This document shows positions 1-9,579 of a stretch of 63,920 bases of DNA, one piece after another. The position numbers and the translations under genes are program-made. How positions within the stretch are numbered: the stretch's first letter is position 1; each line of letters starts with the position of its first letter. The stretch covers positions 1 through 63,920 of the forward strand of contig CAYJDG010000008.1 in NCBI GenBank assembly GCA_964368875.1, given 5' to 3'. The notes beneath the pieces were generated by a model. It was not told the origin of the DNA and did not search any database. It saw nothing but the letters and a program-made list of their open reading frames with translations. Source of the stretch: an uncultured Pseudobdellovibrionaceae bacterium. Its GTDB lineage: Bacteria; Pseudomonadota; Alphaproteobacteria; Micavibrionales; Micavibrionaceae.

Positions 1-1
1 T

Positions 2-76
2 GGCAGGCCGGATGCTCTTGCAGACATTCTTCAGCATGATCTTGCCAGCCGGGAGCTGGCGCATAGATTAATCTAG
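2..76 (+). CDS. 3' end of a gene, possibly 1-deoxy-D-xylulose-5-phosphate reductoisomerase (partial)
   Basis: Frame 2 reads GRPDALADILQHDLASRELAHRLI and stops at TAG 74-76. The C-terminal style and the position just upstream of rseP fit the conserved dxr-rseP-bamA order. Only 24 codons are visible. Confidence 0.4.
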   Translation, partial: GRPDALADILQHDLASRELAHRLI

Positions 77-98
77 AGATGCTAATAAAGAGAGTCTG

Positions 99-1457
99 AT
101 GGGCGAAGTCCTGACGTATCTGCCGACGATCCTGAATAACCTCTGGCTTTATGTGATCCTGACGCTGCTGGTGGTCACGGCGGTGATCTTCGTCCACGAA
201 ATGGGTCATTACCTGATGGGTCGCGTGCTCGGGTTTAGGGCCGAGCTCTTCTCGCTTGGGTTTGGCCGTGAGCTGATTGGCCGCACGGACCGCCGGGGTA
301 CGCGCTGGAGTTTGCGCCTTTACCCGCTTGGCGGGTATGTCAGATTTTTCGGCGAACGGATTACCCCTGAAATCGAAGCTTTGCCGGATGACCAGAAACG
401 CGATGCGTTTGTGACGCAGAAGGTCTGGAAGCGGATGCTGGTTGCGGCGGCAGGACCGGCGATCAATCTGCTGTTCAGCTTTTTGTTGCTGGCCTCAGTT
501 TACGCGTTCATAGGCCGCCCGACGCCGTCGCCAATTGTTGCCGCCGTCGTGAAGGATTCCCCGGCTGAGCTGATGGGTATTAAAATCGGCGACCGCATCC
601 ACAGCATCGACGGTACTGAGATCACCGGGATCGATCAGGCGCGCGACCTCGTCAAGGACCGCGCCGGAGATATGATTACGATCGAAATCGAGCGCGAGGG
701 TAAAATCATCCCGTTGCGGGGTGCACCCCGCGATATGACAGTTATCAATGAATATGGGTTTGATACCTACCGGGCGTTTTTCGGCTGGATGTGGCCGGTA
801 TACGGGCTGGATGTCAGGCAGATTCACCATGTCGGCGATACCGATACGCGTGACAAGCCTGATCTGGTGCGCAAGCTTTTGCTGGCCAATGCCAATAAAC
901 AGACGACGATTGAGTTCGGTCTGGAGAGGCCGCAAACCTATATCGTTTACGTGCGACCGGAGTTGAACGAGGCTTTTAAGGATAGCACCCATAAAGACCA
1001 CAACACCTTTACCCTTGGTCGCCGCCCGAATGAGGATGTCAAAACCTTGCCGATGGGGCAGGCATTTGCGATGTCTGCCGACCTGATCAACCGCGGGTTC
1101 CATACGGCGATGGGCACGATCTTCCAGATTATCGCGGGTGACAAGGCAACCACTGAACTTGGCGGCGTGATCAAGATCGGCGAGTCGACCGGACAGATGT
1201 TCGAGCGTGGCGCTTATACTTTCCTGAGTTTCGTGGCTTTGCTGTCGGTGACGATTGGTGTCGTAAATATGCTGCCGATTCCGATGCTGGATGGCGGACA
1301 TATTATGTTCTTCACTCTGGAAGCGATCAAAGGATCGCCGGTTTCTTTGCGCACAAAGGGTTATATCTACGGCTTCGGCTTGATTTTCATTCTGATGACC
1401 GTAATTGTAGTTAATGTGCAGGACTTAGTGCATCTTTTCAAAATTCTAACCCTTTGA
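99..1457 (+). CDS. rseP: RseP-type M50 site-2 zinc metalloprotease, paralog 1
   Basis: 452 aa. HEMGH (HExxH) lies in the first TM segment, followed by PLGGYV, a PDZ-like central region, and NMLPIPMLDGGH near the C-terminus. Confidence 0.9.
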   Translation: MGEVLTYLPTILNNLWLYVILTLLVVTAVIFVHEMGHYLMGRVLGFRAELFSLGFGRELIGRTDRRGTRWSLRLYPLGGYVRFFGERITPEIEALPDDQKRDAFVTQKVWKRMLVAAAGPAINLLFSFLLLASVYAFIGRPTPSPIVAAVVKDSPAELMGIKIGDRIHSIDGTEITGIDQARDLVKDRAGDMITIEIEREGKIIPLRGAPRDMTVINEYGFDTYRAFFGWMWPVYGLDVRQIHHVGDTDTRDKPDLVRKLLLANANKQTTIEFGLERPQTYIVYVRPELNEAFKDSTHKDHNTFTLGRRPNEDVKTLPMGQAFAMSADLINRGFHTAMGTIFQIIAGDKATTELGGVIKIGESTGQMFERGAYTFLSFVALLSVTIGVVNMLPIPMLDGGHIMFFTLEAIKGSPVSLRTKGYIYGFGLIFILMTVIVVNVQDLVHLFKILTL

Positions 1458-1542
1458 AACAGCGCGATTTTATTGTATAAAGCTGTCCCGGAAAGCGGCT
1501 TTGCTGTATACTGGTACACACACTTAAAAGGAATTTCCCCCG

Positions 1543-2937
1543 ATGGATTCATTCGTTGAACTGATGCAACTGGTTGCCAGCAATATCTGGATCTACGGCG
1601 TTGTCTTCCTCATCATCCTCAGCATTCTGGTTTTCGTCCACGAGTGGGGTCACTACATTGTTGCCCGTATGTGCGGTGTGAAGGTCGATACGTTCTCGAT
1701 CGGCTTCGGCAAAGAGATTTTCGGCTTTACCGACAAAAAAGGTACGCGCTGGAAATTTGCCCTGATCCCGCTTGGCGGCTACGTCAAGATGTTCGGTGAC
1801 AGTGATCCGACCAGTTCGCAGCATGTCGATGGCGTGACCACTGCCGATGGTGTGGTCGTTCGTCCTTTTGATGAGGCCGAACGTAAAGTGGCGTTCTTTG
1901 CCAAAAGCCCGTGGCAGCGCATGGCGATTGTCTTCGCCGGTCCGGCCATCAACTTCCTTTTCGCTATCATCGTACTGGCCGTGTTGTTCACGTCAGTCGG
2001 CCGCCCGATCACCCCACCGCATGCCTCTGCCGTTGAAATTGGCGCGGCTGCTGATAAAGCAGGCTTTAAGCCGCATGACGTCATTCTCAGCATCAATGGC
2101 CGCGATACGATCAGCTTTGATGACGTGCGCCGCGATGTGATGATTGCGCTCGATACGCCAATGATTTTCAAAGTGAAGCGCGGCGAAGAAATCATCGAAT
2201 TGACCGCCATCCCTAAGAAAATGGAAGAAGAAGACCGTTTCGGCTTTAAGCACGAGAAGGGCTATCTCGGCCTGATCGGTCCAGCCAATGGTCTCGATGT
2301 CACCAAGCTGATCAAAGTTGACGGCGTTGATGTCGTCGGGAAGCCAGACAAGGCCCGTGAGCTGCTGCTGTCGAAAATGGGCAAGACCACCACGATCAGA
2401 ATTGAACGCGGCTCAACCGAGCAAGCCGATCTCTTGATTGCGCCGGAAGCAGATGCGAACAAGCAACTTCTCGATCCGACCAACAAGGATTACAACGCCC
2501 TCATTCTTGGTGAGAAGCCAGGTGATGCGCTGCAGAAATTCAATCCGGCCCAAGCTTTGTGGGCGGCGATTGTTGAAACCAAAGAGATCACCAGCGATAC
2601 GCTGAAAGCGATCTGGCAGATGATCACCGGAACACGGAGCGCGGCTGAGTTGGGTGGAATCATCCGAATCGGTGCGATTGCCGGTGACATGGCCGAGCGC
2701 GGATTTATTGCGATTGCGACCTTCACCGCTCTTTTGTCGATCAACCTCGGCATGATCAACCTGTTCCCGATCCCGATGCTCGATGGCGGTCATATCGTCT
2801 TCTATGCGGTCGAGATCATCAAAGGAAAGCCACTGTCAGAGCGGGTTCAGGAGTATGCCTTCCGCGCCGGGCTGGTTATTCTGGTTGCGCTGATGGTTTT
2901 TGCGAACCTCAACGACATCATTCACCTGATCCTTTAG
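1543..2937 (+). CDS. rseP: RseP-type M50 site-2 zinc metalloprotease, paralog 2
   Basis: 464 aa. Has HEWGH, PLGGYV, a PDZ-like middle and NLFPIPMLDGGH. Same architecture as the upstream copy. AAAGGAA lies upstream of the ATG. Confidence 0.9.
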   Translation: MDSFVELMQLVASNIWIYGVVFLIILSILVFVHEWGHYIVARMCGVKVDTFSIGFGKEIFGFTDKKGTRWKFALIPLGGYVKMFGDSDPTSSQHVDGVTTADGVVVRPFDEAERKVAFFAKSPWQRMAIVFAGPAINFLFAIIVLAVLFTSVGRPITPPHASAVEIGAAADKAGFKPHDVILSINGRDTISFDDVRRDVMIALDTPMIFKVKRGEEIIELTAIPKKMEEEDRFGFKHEKGYLGLIGPANGLDVTKLIKVDGVDVVGKPDKARELLLSKMGKTTTIRIERGSTEQADLLIAPEADANKQLLDPTNKDYNALILGEKPGDALQKFNPAQALWAAIVETKEITSDTLKAIWQMITGTRSAAELGGIIRIGAIAGDMAERGFIAIATFTALLSINLGMINLFPIPMLDGGHIVFYAVEIIKGKPLSERVQEYAFRAGLVILVALMVFANLNDIIHLIL

Positions 2938-3059
2938 TATTTTCATAACTGGTACATTCTGCCTGTGCGGCCTTGTCAAACAAGGCTTGATCGGGCAGAG
3001 TGGGCGCAGTAATTTTTCCTAACGTCCACAATCAGTTAGAAACTATAAGGTCTCTTCGA

Positions 3060-5327
3060 ATGCGATTGAAAATCCGTCGCCTCCTTTGCGCATCGGCACT
3101 CAGCCTCCTCCTCACGTCGCCAGCTTTTGCAGAAAACGTTGTCCGCGATATCAAGATCGTCGGGGCAGAGCGCATCGAGCCAGCCACGGTTATGACTTAT
3201 CTGGAGTTGCAGAAGGGGCAAGTGGCGACGCAAGAGAGCCTTGATGCGGCTCTGAAAAGCTTATTCGCAACCGGCCTGTTTGCCGATGTGCAGCTCACTG
3301 AAAACAACGGCGTGGTCACCGTCAAACTGACTGAAAACCCGATCATCAATCAGGTCGCTTTCGAAGGCAACGACAAGCTCGAAGACGACCAGCTACAAGC
3401 CGAGATCCAATCACGCCAGCGGCAGGTTTTTACGCGGACTCAAGTTCAAAACGATGTCACGCGCTTGTATGAAGTTTACCGCCGCAATGGCCGCTTCTCG
3501 GTGCAGATCGAACCTAAGGTCATCAAGCTCGATCAGAACCGCGTCAATCTCGTCTTTGAAATCACCGAAGGCGATGAAACCACGATTAGCACTATCCGCT
3601 TTGTCGGCAACGAACGCTTCAGCGATGATGAGCTGCGTAGCGAGCTCTCATCGCAGGAACATCGTTGGTATAACTTCTTGAGCTCCAGCGACCGCTATGA
3701 TCCGGATCGTCTGCAATACGATCTTGAACTGATCCGTCAGTTCTATCTGCAGGAAGGCTATGCCGATTTCCGCGTGCTGTCGTCGTCGTCGGAACTGTCC
3801 AAGGATAAAAAAGACTTCTTCATCACGGTCACCGTTGATGAAGGCGAGCGTTACAAGGTCAGCGACATCAGCGTCAAATCCCTGATCCGTAACCTCGACC
3901 CGAACAGCCTGATCGATCAGGTCACGTTCAAACCACAGGACTGGTATAACGCTGAAGAAGTCAAAGCGACTGTCGATGCCATGACCAAGCGTCTTGGCGA
4001 TCAGCAATACGCTTTCGTCACGGTCGTACCGGATGTTCAACGCGACAAGAATCAAAAAACCATCAATATCGTTTTCAACATCAACGAGAGCCCGCGTGTA
4101 TTCGTTGAGCGCATCGACATCGACGGCAACGTCCGGACGCTTGATAAAGTCGTGCGCCGTGAGATGGACCTCGTCGAAGGCGATCCGTTCAACCGCACCA
4201 AGCTTGCGAAATCTGAAAAGAACATCCGCGATCTTGATTACTTCGAAAACGTGCAGGTCAAAACTCTGCCGGGCAGTGCGCCGGATAAAACCGTCGTCGA
4301 TGTCAGCGTTGAAGAAAAATCAACCGGTGAGATTTCCGTCGGGGCTGGTTTCTCGACTGCTGACGGACCGCTCGCCGATTTCCGTCTGCGCGAACGTAAC
4401 TTCCTTGGCAAAGGGCAGGACATGTCGCTTGCCGCAACCATCGCCGGATCGCGCACGGAATTCGATCTCTCGTTCACTGAGCCATACTTCCTTGACCGCG
4501 ATCTCTCAGCAGGTATCGATCTGTTCCACATCACCCGCGATCAACAGGATGAAAGCTCGTTCGATCAGAAACGCACCGGTGGTGGTTTCCGCCTCGGTTA
4601 TCCGCTGTCCGAACACTGGCGCCAGACTCTGCGCTACCGGATTGAGCAGAACGAGATCACCAATGTTGATTCCGACGCATCGCGCTTCATTCAGGATCAG
4701 GAAGGCGATCGCCTGACCTCGGCCGTTTCGCAGCGCCTTGTCTATGAAGATCTCGACAGCAGAATATTCCCGACTGACGGTATGACCGCGTGGCTCGATG
4801 CTGAAGTTGCCGGTCTCGGCGGCGATGCCGAATACATCTCCGGCAAGCTTGGCGCGAACTATTACTATCCGGTTTCAAAAGGCTGGACGTTCAGCGTTCT
4901 GGGTGAAGTTGGTGCGGTTGGCAGCTATGGCGATGAAGACGTCAAGATCAACGAGCGCTATTTCCTTGGTGGTACGACCCTGCGCGGTTTTGCCAAAGCC
5001 GGTCTCGGACCGCGTGACCTGTCCACAGATGACTCGCTCGGCGGTAATACGTTCTACCGTGCGTCCGCAGAGTTGATGTTCCCGATCGGTTTCCCGGAAG
5101 AGATGGGTGTAGCCGGTCACATCTTCAACGATGTTGGCTCTCTCTGGGGTCTTGATGAAAGCGGACCGGAAATTGCGGATGAAAGCTCTATCCGTGCTGC
5201 TGCAGGTGTTGGTTTCTCATGGCGTTCGCCGATGGGACCGGTCCGGATCGATCTGGCCGCGCCGTACCTGAAGGAAAGCTATGACGAGAAAGAACTGTTC
5301 CGGTTCAGTTTCGGCACCAGGTTTTAA
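3060..5327 (+). CDS. bamA: Outer membrane protein assembly factor BamA
   Basis: Signal peptide MRLKIRRLLCASALSLLLTSPAFA starts at ATG 3060. POTRA-like repeats are followed by a C-terminal beta-barrel ending FRFSFGTRF. The ORF-track GTG at 3000 is probably upstream of the true start. Confidence 0.95.
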   Translation: MRLKIRRLLCASALSLLLTSPAFAENVVRDIKIVGAERIEPATVMTYLELQKGQVATQESLDAALKSLFATGLFADVQLTENNGVVTVKLTENPIINQVAFEGNDKLEDDQLQAEIQSRQRQVFTRTQVQNDVTRLYEVYRRNGRFSVQIEPKVIKLDQNRVNLVFEITEGDETTISTIRFVGNERFSDDELRSELSSQEHRWYNFLSSSDRYDPDRLQYDLELIRQFYLQEGYADFRVLSSSSELSKDKKDFFITVTVDEGERYKVSDISVKSLIRNLDPNSLIDQVTFKPQDWYNAEEVKATVDAMTKRLGDQQYAFVTVVPDVQRDKNQKTINIVFNINESPRVFVERIDIDGNVRTLDKVVRREMDLVEGDPFNRTKLAKSEKNIRDLDYFENVQVKTLPGSAPDKTVVDVSVEEKSTGEISVGAGFSTADGPLADFRLRERNFLGKGQDMSLAATIAGSRTEFDLSFTEPYFLDRDLSAGIDLFHITRDQQDESSFDQKRTGGGFRLGYPLSEHWRQTLRYRIEQNEITNVDSDASRFIQDQEGDRLTSAVSQRLVYEDLDSRIFPTDGMTAWLDAEVAGLGGDAEYISGKLGANYYYPVSKGWTFSVLGEVGAVGSYGDEDVKINERYFLGGTTLRGFAKAGLGPRDLSTDDSLGGNTFYRASAELMFPIGFPEEMGVAGHIFNDVGSLWGLDESGPEIADESSIRAAAGVGFSWRSPMGPVRIDLAAPYLKESYDEKELFRFSFGTRF

Positions 5328-5354
5328 TTTAAATACTACGAAGGAGTATTCTTT

Positions 5355-5888
5355 ATGAGACACATTCTCATCCTGCTCGCATGTCTGATGCTGGCGCAAA
5401 CGGTTCAAGTCACTGCGGCACATGCCGAAGAGACAACGATTGCATCGCTTGACCGCCGCAAATTGATGGACGCATCCGAAGCGGGTAAGAGCATTCAGGT
5501 TGCCCTGAAAGCCAAGCGCGAGGCGTTGCAGAAAGAAGCCAACGGCCTTGAGAAAAAGATCGTTGAGCAGCGCCAGGAGCTCATCAAAGGCAAGAAGGAC
5601 ATGAAGGCTGAAGAATTTGAAGCCAAGGCCAAAACCCTTCAGGAAGATTTTGTTAAAGCCAACGAAAACATCCGCAAGAAGGTCAACGATCTAGACAACC
5701 AGCGTAAAACAGCTGTCCGTGCGCTTGAGACCAGCATCGCTGAGGTCACCGCACAGATCGCCGACGAGCGTAAAATCAAAATCGTCGTCGACCGCGAAAT
5801 GCTTGTGATCGTCGATCAGTCGCTCGACCTGACCGATGAAGCGCTGAAACGCCTGAACGCAAAGATCACCTCTATTCCGCTTAAATAG
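5355..5888 (+). CDS. skp: OmpH/Skp family periplasmic chaperone
   Basis: 177 aa with a signal peptide and a Lys/Glu-rich coiled coil. GAAGGAG Shine-Dalgarno. Sits between bamA and lpxD. Confidence 0.85.
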   Translation: MRHILILLACLMLAQTVQVTAAHAEETTIASLDRRKLMDASEAGKSIQVALKAKREALQKEANGLEKKIVEQRQELIKGKKDMKAEEFEAKAKTLQEDFVKANENIRKKVNDLDNQRKTAVRALETSIAEVTAQIADERKIKIVVDREMLVIVDQSLDLTDEALKRLNAKITSIPLK

Positions 5889-5903
5889 AGGCCTGCAGCT
5901 GCG

Positions 5904-6941
5904 ATGGCCGATCCGCAATTCTTCAGGAAATCCGCTCCTATGTCACTGGCACAGCTTGCCGGATTGACGGGGAGCGAGTTGGCCGACCCGGCTGAAGGGG
6001 CGTATCTGGTTGATGATGTCGCGCCACTTGATACAGCGGCGGTTGATCAAATCACCTTTCTTGATAATGCCAAATATCGCGACCAATTTCAGAAAACCAA
6101 GGCCGGGGCCTGCATCATTCATCCCTTGATGCAGAAACTCGCGCCACCGGGTCTGCGCCTGCTCATCAATAAAGCGCCTTACAAGGCCTATGCTTTGGCG
6201 GCGCAGGCGTTCTACCCGATGACGATGCCTTCCGCCGGGATCGCCCCCACTGCGCGCGTGCACGCGTCTGCTAAGATTGGTGCCGGATGCATGATCGATG
6301 AATATGCCGTGATTGGCGAGAACGTCGAGATCGGAGCGGGGACATGGGTTGAGCCGCACGCGGTTATCTCAGCTGGTTGCAAAATTGGTGCGAATTGCCG
6401 CGTTGGTAGTCATGTCAGTATTTCGCACGCCTTGATCGGCGACAATGTGCGCATTTATGCAGGCGCACGGATCGGTCAGGATGGGTTCGGCTTTGCCATC
6501 GATCCGGCAGGCTTCGTCAAAGTGCCACAGCTGGGCCGCGTCGTGATTGAGGGGCACTCTGAAATTGGGGCCAATACGACCATCGACCGGGGAGCGCTTG
6601 GCGACACGGTGATCGGCATGGGGACGTGGATCGATAACATGGTCCAGATTGCCCATAATGTTAAAGTCGGACGCGGCTGTATGCTTGCGGCGCAGATCGG
6701 CATTTCCGGTAGTACGGAAATTGGCGATTATGTAGCGATTGGCGGACAGGCCGGGTTTGCCGGGCACCTCAAAATCGGGTCAATGGCCCGGATCGCTGCC
6801 AAGTCAGGCGTAACCCGCGATGTTCCAGCCAAAGAAGAGTGGATGGGCTATCCTGCCATGCCGCTTAAGCAGTACCTGCGGCAGGTGGCAACACTCAACA
6901 GGTTGATTGCCAGAAAAAATACATCTAAAGATGAAGACTAA
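5904..6941 (+). CDS. lpxD: UDP-3-O-acylglucosamine N-acyltransferase
   Basis: 345 aa with left-handed beta-helix hexapeptide repeats and an N-terminal MADPQFF...LAQLA region typical of LpxD. Conserved position. Confidence 0.95.
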   Translation: MADPQFFRKSAPMSLAQLAGLTGSELADPAEGAYLVDDVAPLDTAAVDQITFLDNAKYRDQFQKTKAGACIIHPLMQKLAPPGLRLLINKAPYKAYALAAQAFYPMTMPSAGIAPTARVHASAKIGAGCMIDEYAVIGENVEIGAGTWVEPHAVISAGCKIGANCRVGSHVSISHALIGDNVRIYAGARIGQDGFGFAIDPAGFVKVPQLGRVVIEGHSEIGANTTIDRGALGDTVIGMGTWIDNMVQIAHNVKVGRGCMLAAQIGISGSTEIGDYVAIGGQAGFAGHLKIGSMARIAAKSGVTRDVPAKEEWMGYPAMPLKQYLRQVATLNRLIARKNTSKDED

Positions 6942-6953
6942 GAGGGACCAAAC

Positions 6954-7409
6954 ATGAGCGCTTCGCCAATCGATATTCGCCAGATCATGACCATGATCCC
7001 GCATCGGTATCCGATGCTGCTGGTTGACCGCATCCTCGAGTACGTGCCGAACGAGAGCGCTGTTGGCCTCAAGAACGTGACCTTCAACGAGCCTCACTTC
7101 CAGGGACATTTCCCCGGTGTTCCGGTGATGCCTGGAGTCCTGATTATTGAAGCGATGGCCCAGACCGCCGCCATTATGGTTGTGCAGAGCCTGTCTCTGC
7201 AAGGGCAGGGTAAGCTCGTCTATTTCATGACCATCGATAATTGCAAATTCCGCAAGCCAGTTGGCCCCGGTGACGCGATGCATATCCACGTCACCACGAT
7301 CAAGCAGCGCGGTCCGGTATGGAAGTTTAAAGGAGAGGCCAAGGTTGACGGGGTTCTGGTTGCTGAAGCCGAATTTGCCGCCATGATCGTCGACCCCGAG
7401 GATGCGTAA
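6954..7409 (+). CDS. fabZ: 3-hydroxyacyl-ACP dehydratase FabZ
   Basis: 151 aa. Hotdog-fold motifs [12 protein letters not shown] and [15 protein letters not shown]. Confidence 0.95.
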   Translation: MSASPIDIRQIMTMIPHRYPMLLVDRILEYVPNESAVGLKNVTFNEPHFQGHFPGVPVMPGVLIIEAMAQTAAIMVVQSLSLQGQGKLVYFMTIDNCKFRKPVGPGDAMHIHVTTIKQRGPVWKFKGEAKVDGVLVAEAEFAAMIVDPEDA

Positions 7410-7465
7410 CATCCTGAAAAATTCCGTGATTTGTTCAACCACCCAATCTCCGGCAAGGTGATTTT

Positions 7466-8266
7466 ATGACTACACAGATTCACCCGACCGCGATTGTAGA
7501 CCCTAAAGCCCAGCTTGGCGCGGGCGTAAAAATTGGCCCGTATTCGGTCGTAGGCGAGCATGTTCGCCTTGGCGACAATGTTGAGCTGAAATCCCATGTC
7601 GTGGTCGAGGGCCGCACCACGGTTGGCGCAGAAACGGTTATTTTTCCATTTGCCTCGATCGGTCACCAGCCGCAGGACCTGAAATTCCACGGCGAGGCCT
7701 CCGAGCTGATCATCGGCAAAAAGAATTCGATCCGCGAACACTGTACCATGAACCCCGGTACAGAATCCGGCGGCATGAAGACGGTCGTGGGCGACAATTG
7801 CCTGTTTATGATGAGCACCCATGTCGCGCATGACTGCCAGATCGGCAACCATGTCATCATGGCAAACAATGCAACACTGGGCGGCCATGTTCATGTCGGC
7901 GACCACGCTTTGATCGGTGGTCTTGCAGCCGTGCACCAATTTATCCGCATCGGTAACTTTGCCGTGATCGGCGGCATGTCGGGCGTTGAGAGTGATGTCA
8001 TTCCTTATGGCCGCGTCAAAGGCGAGCGCGCTTTTCTTGCCGGGCTAAATCTGGTCGGGCTAGAGCGCAATGGTTTCAGCAAAGACCAGATCAAGAATTT
8101 ACAACGTGCCTTCAATGAACTCTTTGGCGATGAAGGGACGATGGATCAGCGTATTGAGATGGTCTCGAACGATTTCTCCAAAGACGATGCGGTTATGCAG
8201 ATCATCGATTTCGCCAAATCCAAAAACCGCTTCCCATTATGCACGCCGCTCAAAAAAGCCAGCTAA
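7466..8266 (+). CDS. lpxA: Acyl-ACP--UDP-N-acetylglucosamine O-acyltransferase
   Basis: 266 aa. Starts IHPTAIVDP, has hexapeptide repeats and a helical C-terminal domain. Confidence 0.95.
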   Translation: MTTQIHPTAIVDPKAQLGAGVKIGPYSVVGEHVRLGDNVELKSHVVVEGRTTVGAETVIFPFASIGHQPQDLKFHGEASELIIGKKNSIREHCTMNPGTESGGMKTVVGDNCLFMMSTHVAHDCQIGNHVIMANNATLGGHVHVGDHALIGGLAAVHQFIRIGNFAVIGGMSGVESDVIPYGRVKGERAFLAGLNLVGLERNGFSKDQIKNLQRAFNELFGDEGTMDQRIEMVSNDFSKDDAVMQIIDFAKSKNRFPLCTPLKKAS

Positions 8267-9072
8267 GCAAGCTTGGCATCATCGCGGGAACCGGCAAGCC
8301 GCCTGTGCTGCTGGCTGAAACGCTTGAACGGGCCGGAATCACCCCTTATATCATCGCGCTTGATGGCATCACGCCACCTGAAACATATCAGAGCCGCCAG
8401 CATCTGCTGACACCAATCGGCCTGGCCGGAACGATGATGAGCTGGCTTAAAAGTAATGGCGTCGAGGATGTGGTCATGACCGGAGCGCTGCGCCGTCCGG
8501 ATTGGCTGAAGCTGAAGGTCGATCCACGCGGCTTGAAAATTATCGCGAAGATCCTTCTCAAAAAATCCATGGGTGATGATGCGTTGTTGCGTACGCTGCG
8601 CCGTGAACTCGAAGCAGATGGGTTCCGTTTGCATGGCATTCAGGAATTCATGCCCGAGCTGCTGGCCGACGCCGGCGTACTGGGTGCGGTGCAGCCGTTG
8701 CCGGAGGATGCAGACAGTATTCAGCTCGGGTTTAATGCCGCCAAAGACCACGGCAAACAGGACAAGGGCCAGTCGGTTGTGGTTCAGCAGGACACCGTTA
8801 TCGGTCTTGAAGGTGCGGACGGCACAAAGGCCCTGATGCTGAAAGCGGCGTCCCAAAAGATCACCGGGCGCGGGCCGATTTTGGTAAAAGTCTGCAAGCC
8901 GCAACAGGACAAGGCGTTAGATATGCCGACGATCGGGCCGCAGACAATCGAAACGGCGCATGAGGGTGGTTTTGCCGGGCTGGTAGTCGAAGCCGGTGAA
9001 ACCCTGATCGTCGAAAAAGATAAGGTCATATCTCTGTGTAATCAGTATGGTATATTCCTTCTTGGGAAATAA
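8239..9072 (+). CDS. lpxI: UDP-2,3-diacylglucosamine pyrophosphatase LpxI (DUF1009)
   Basis: 277 aa. Contains LGIIAGTGKPP and GQSVVVQQDTVIGLEGADGT. Lies between lpxA and lpxB as in alphaproteobacteria. The start overlaps the lpxA 3' end and is uncertain. Confidence 0.8.
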   Translation: MHAAQKSQLSKLGIIAGTGKPPVLLAETLERAGITPYIIALDGITPPETYQSRQHLLTPIGLAGTMMSWLKSNGVEDVVMTGALRRPDWLKLKVDPRGLKIIAKILLKKSMGDDALLRTLRRELEADGFRLHGIQEFMPELLADAGVLGAVQPLPEDADSIQLGFNAAKDHGKQDKGQSVVVQQDTVIGLEGADGTKALMLKAASQKITGRGPILVKVCKPQQDKALDMPTIGPQTIETAHEGGFAGLVVEAGETLIVEKDKVISLCNQYGIFLLGK

Positions 9073-9084
9073 AGGCAGTTACAC

Positions 9085-9579
9085 ATGAATGCAAATATTG
9101 ATGATGTAATGATCTGTCTGCCGCCCACGCAATACCCTTCGTACGCTTTTCTTCAGGTCGTAGGATATATCCTGCTCCCCGTGATATTAGAGGCTTTTTT
9201 TCTTTCTAAATTCCTAAAACGGCCTGTTTTACCCTGTCTTAAGAACGCCATCCTGCTTAATTTGCTTTTCCTAAGTCCCGTTTTGATTTTTGTAATGGTC
9301 GAAAATTTTGATCTACTTGAATATGCAGCAAAAAACTTATTGGGTTATGTCTGTTTTGTAGCCACGTTAATTTTGTTCATGGTTGCTTGCATACTCGGCG
9401 GGCGTAAAATCAGTGAGGAGAAAAACCATTCCCGCGGTATTATTCTTTTGGCGTTCATCAAACTTGGCAGCTTTGTGCTGACCTATATAGTCATGGTTGC
9501 GGTAAATATGTTAGTTCCTCAGATCCATTCCGCATTTTTCACAAATGAAGCTATGTCTCATGAATCAGTGTCGCCATGA
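9085..9579 (+). CDS. Hypothetical integral membrane protein (about 4 TM segments), low-GC
   Basis: 164 aa with hydrophobic segments. AAGG lies 9 nt before the ATG. Its stop overlaps the lpxB start (ATGA at 9576-9579). Hand count of the first 200 nt gives about 42% GC, against about 50% or more in the flanks. Confidence 0.6.
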   Translation: MNANIDDVMICLPPTQYPSYAFLQVVGYILLPVILEAFFLSKFLKRPVLPCLKNAILLNLLFLSPVLIFVMVENFDLLEYAAKNLLGYVCFVATLILFMVACILGGRKISEEKNHSRGIILLAFIKLGSFVLTYIVMVAVNMLVPQIHSAFFTNEAMSHESVSP

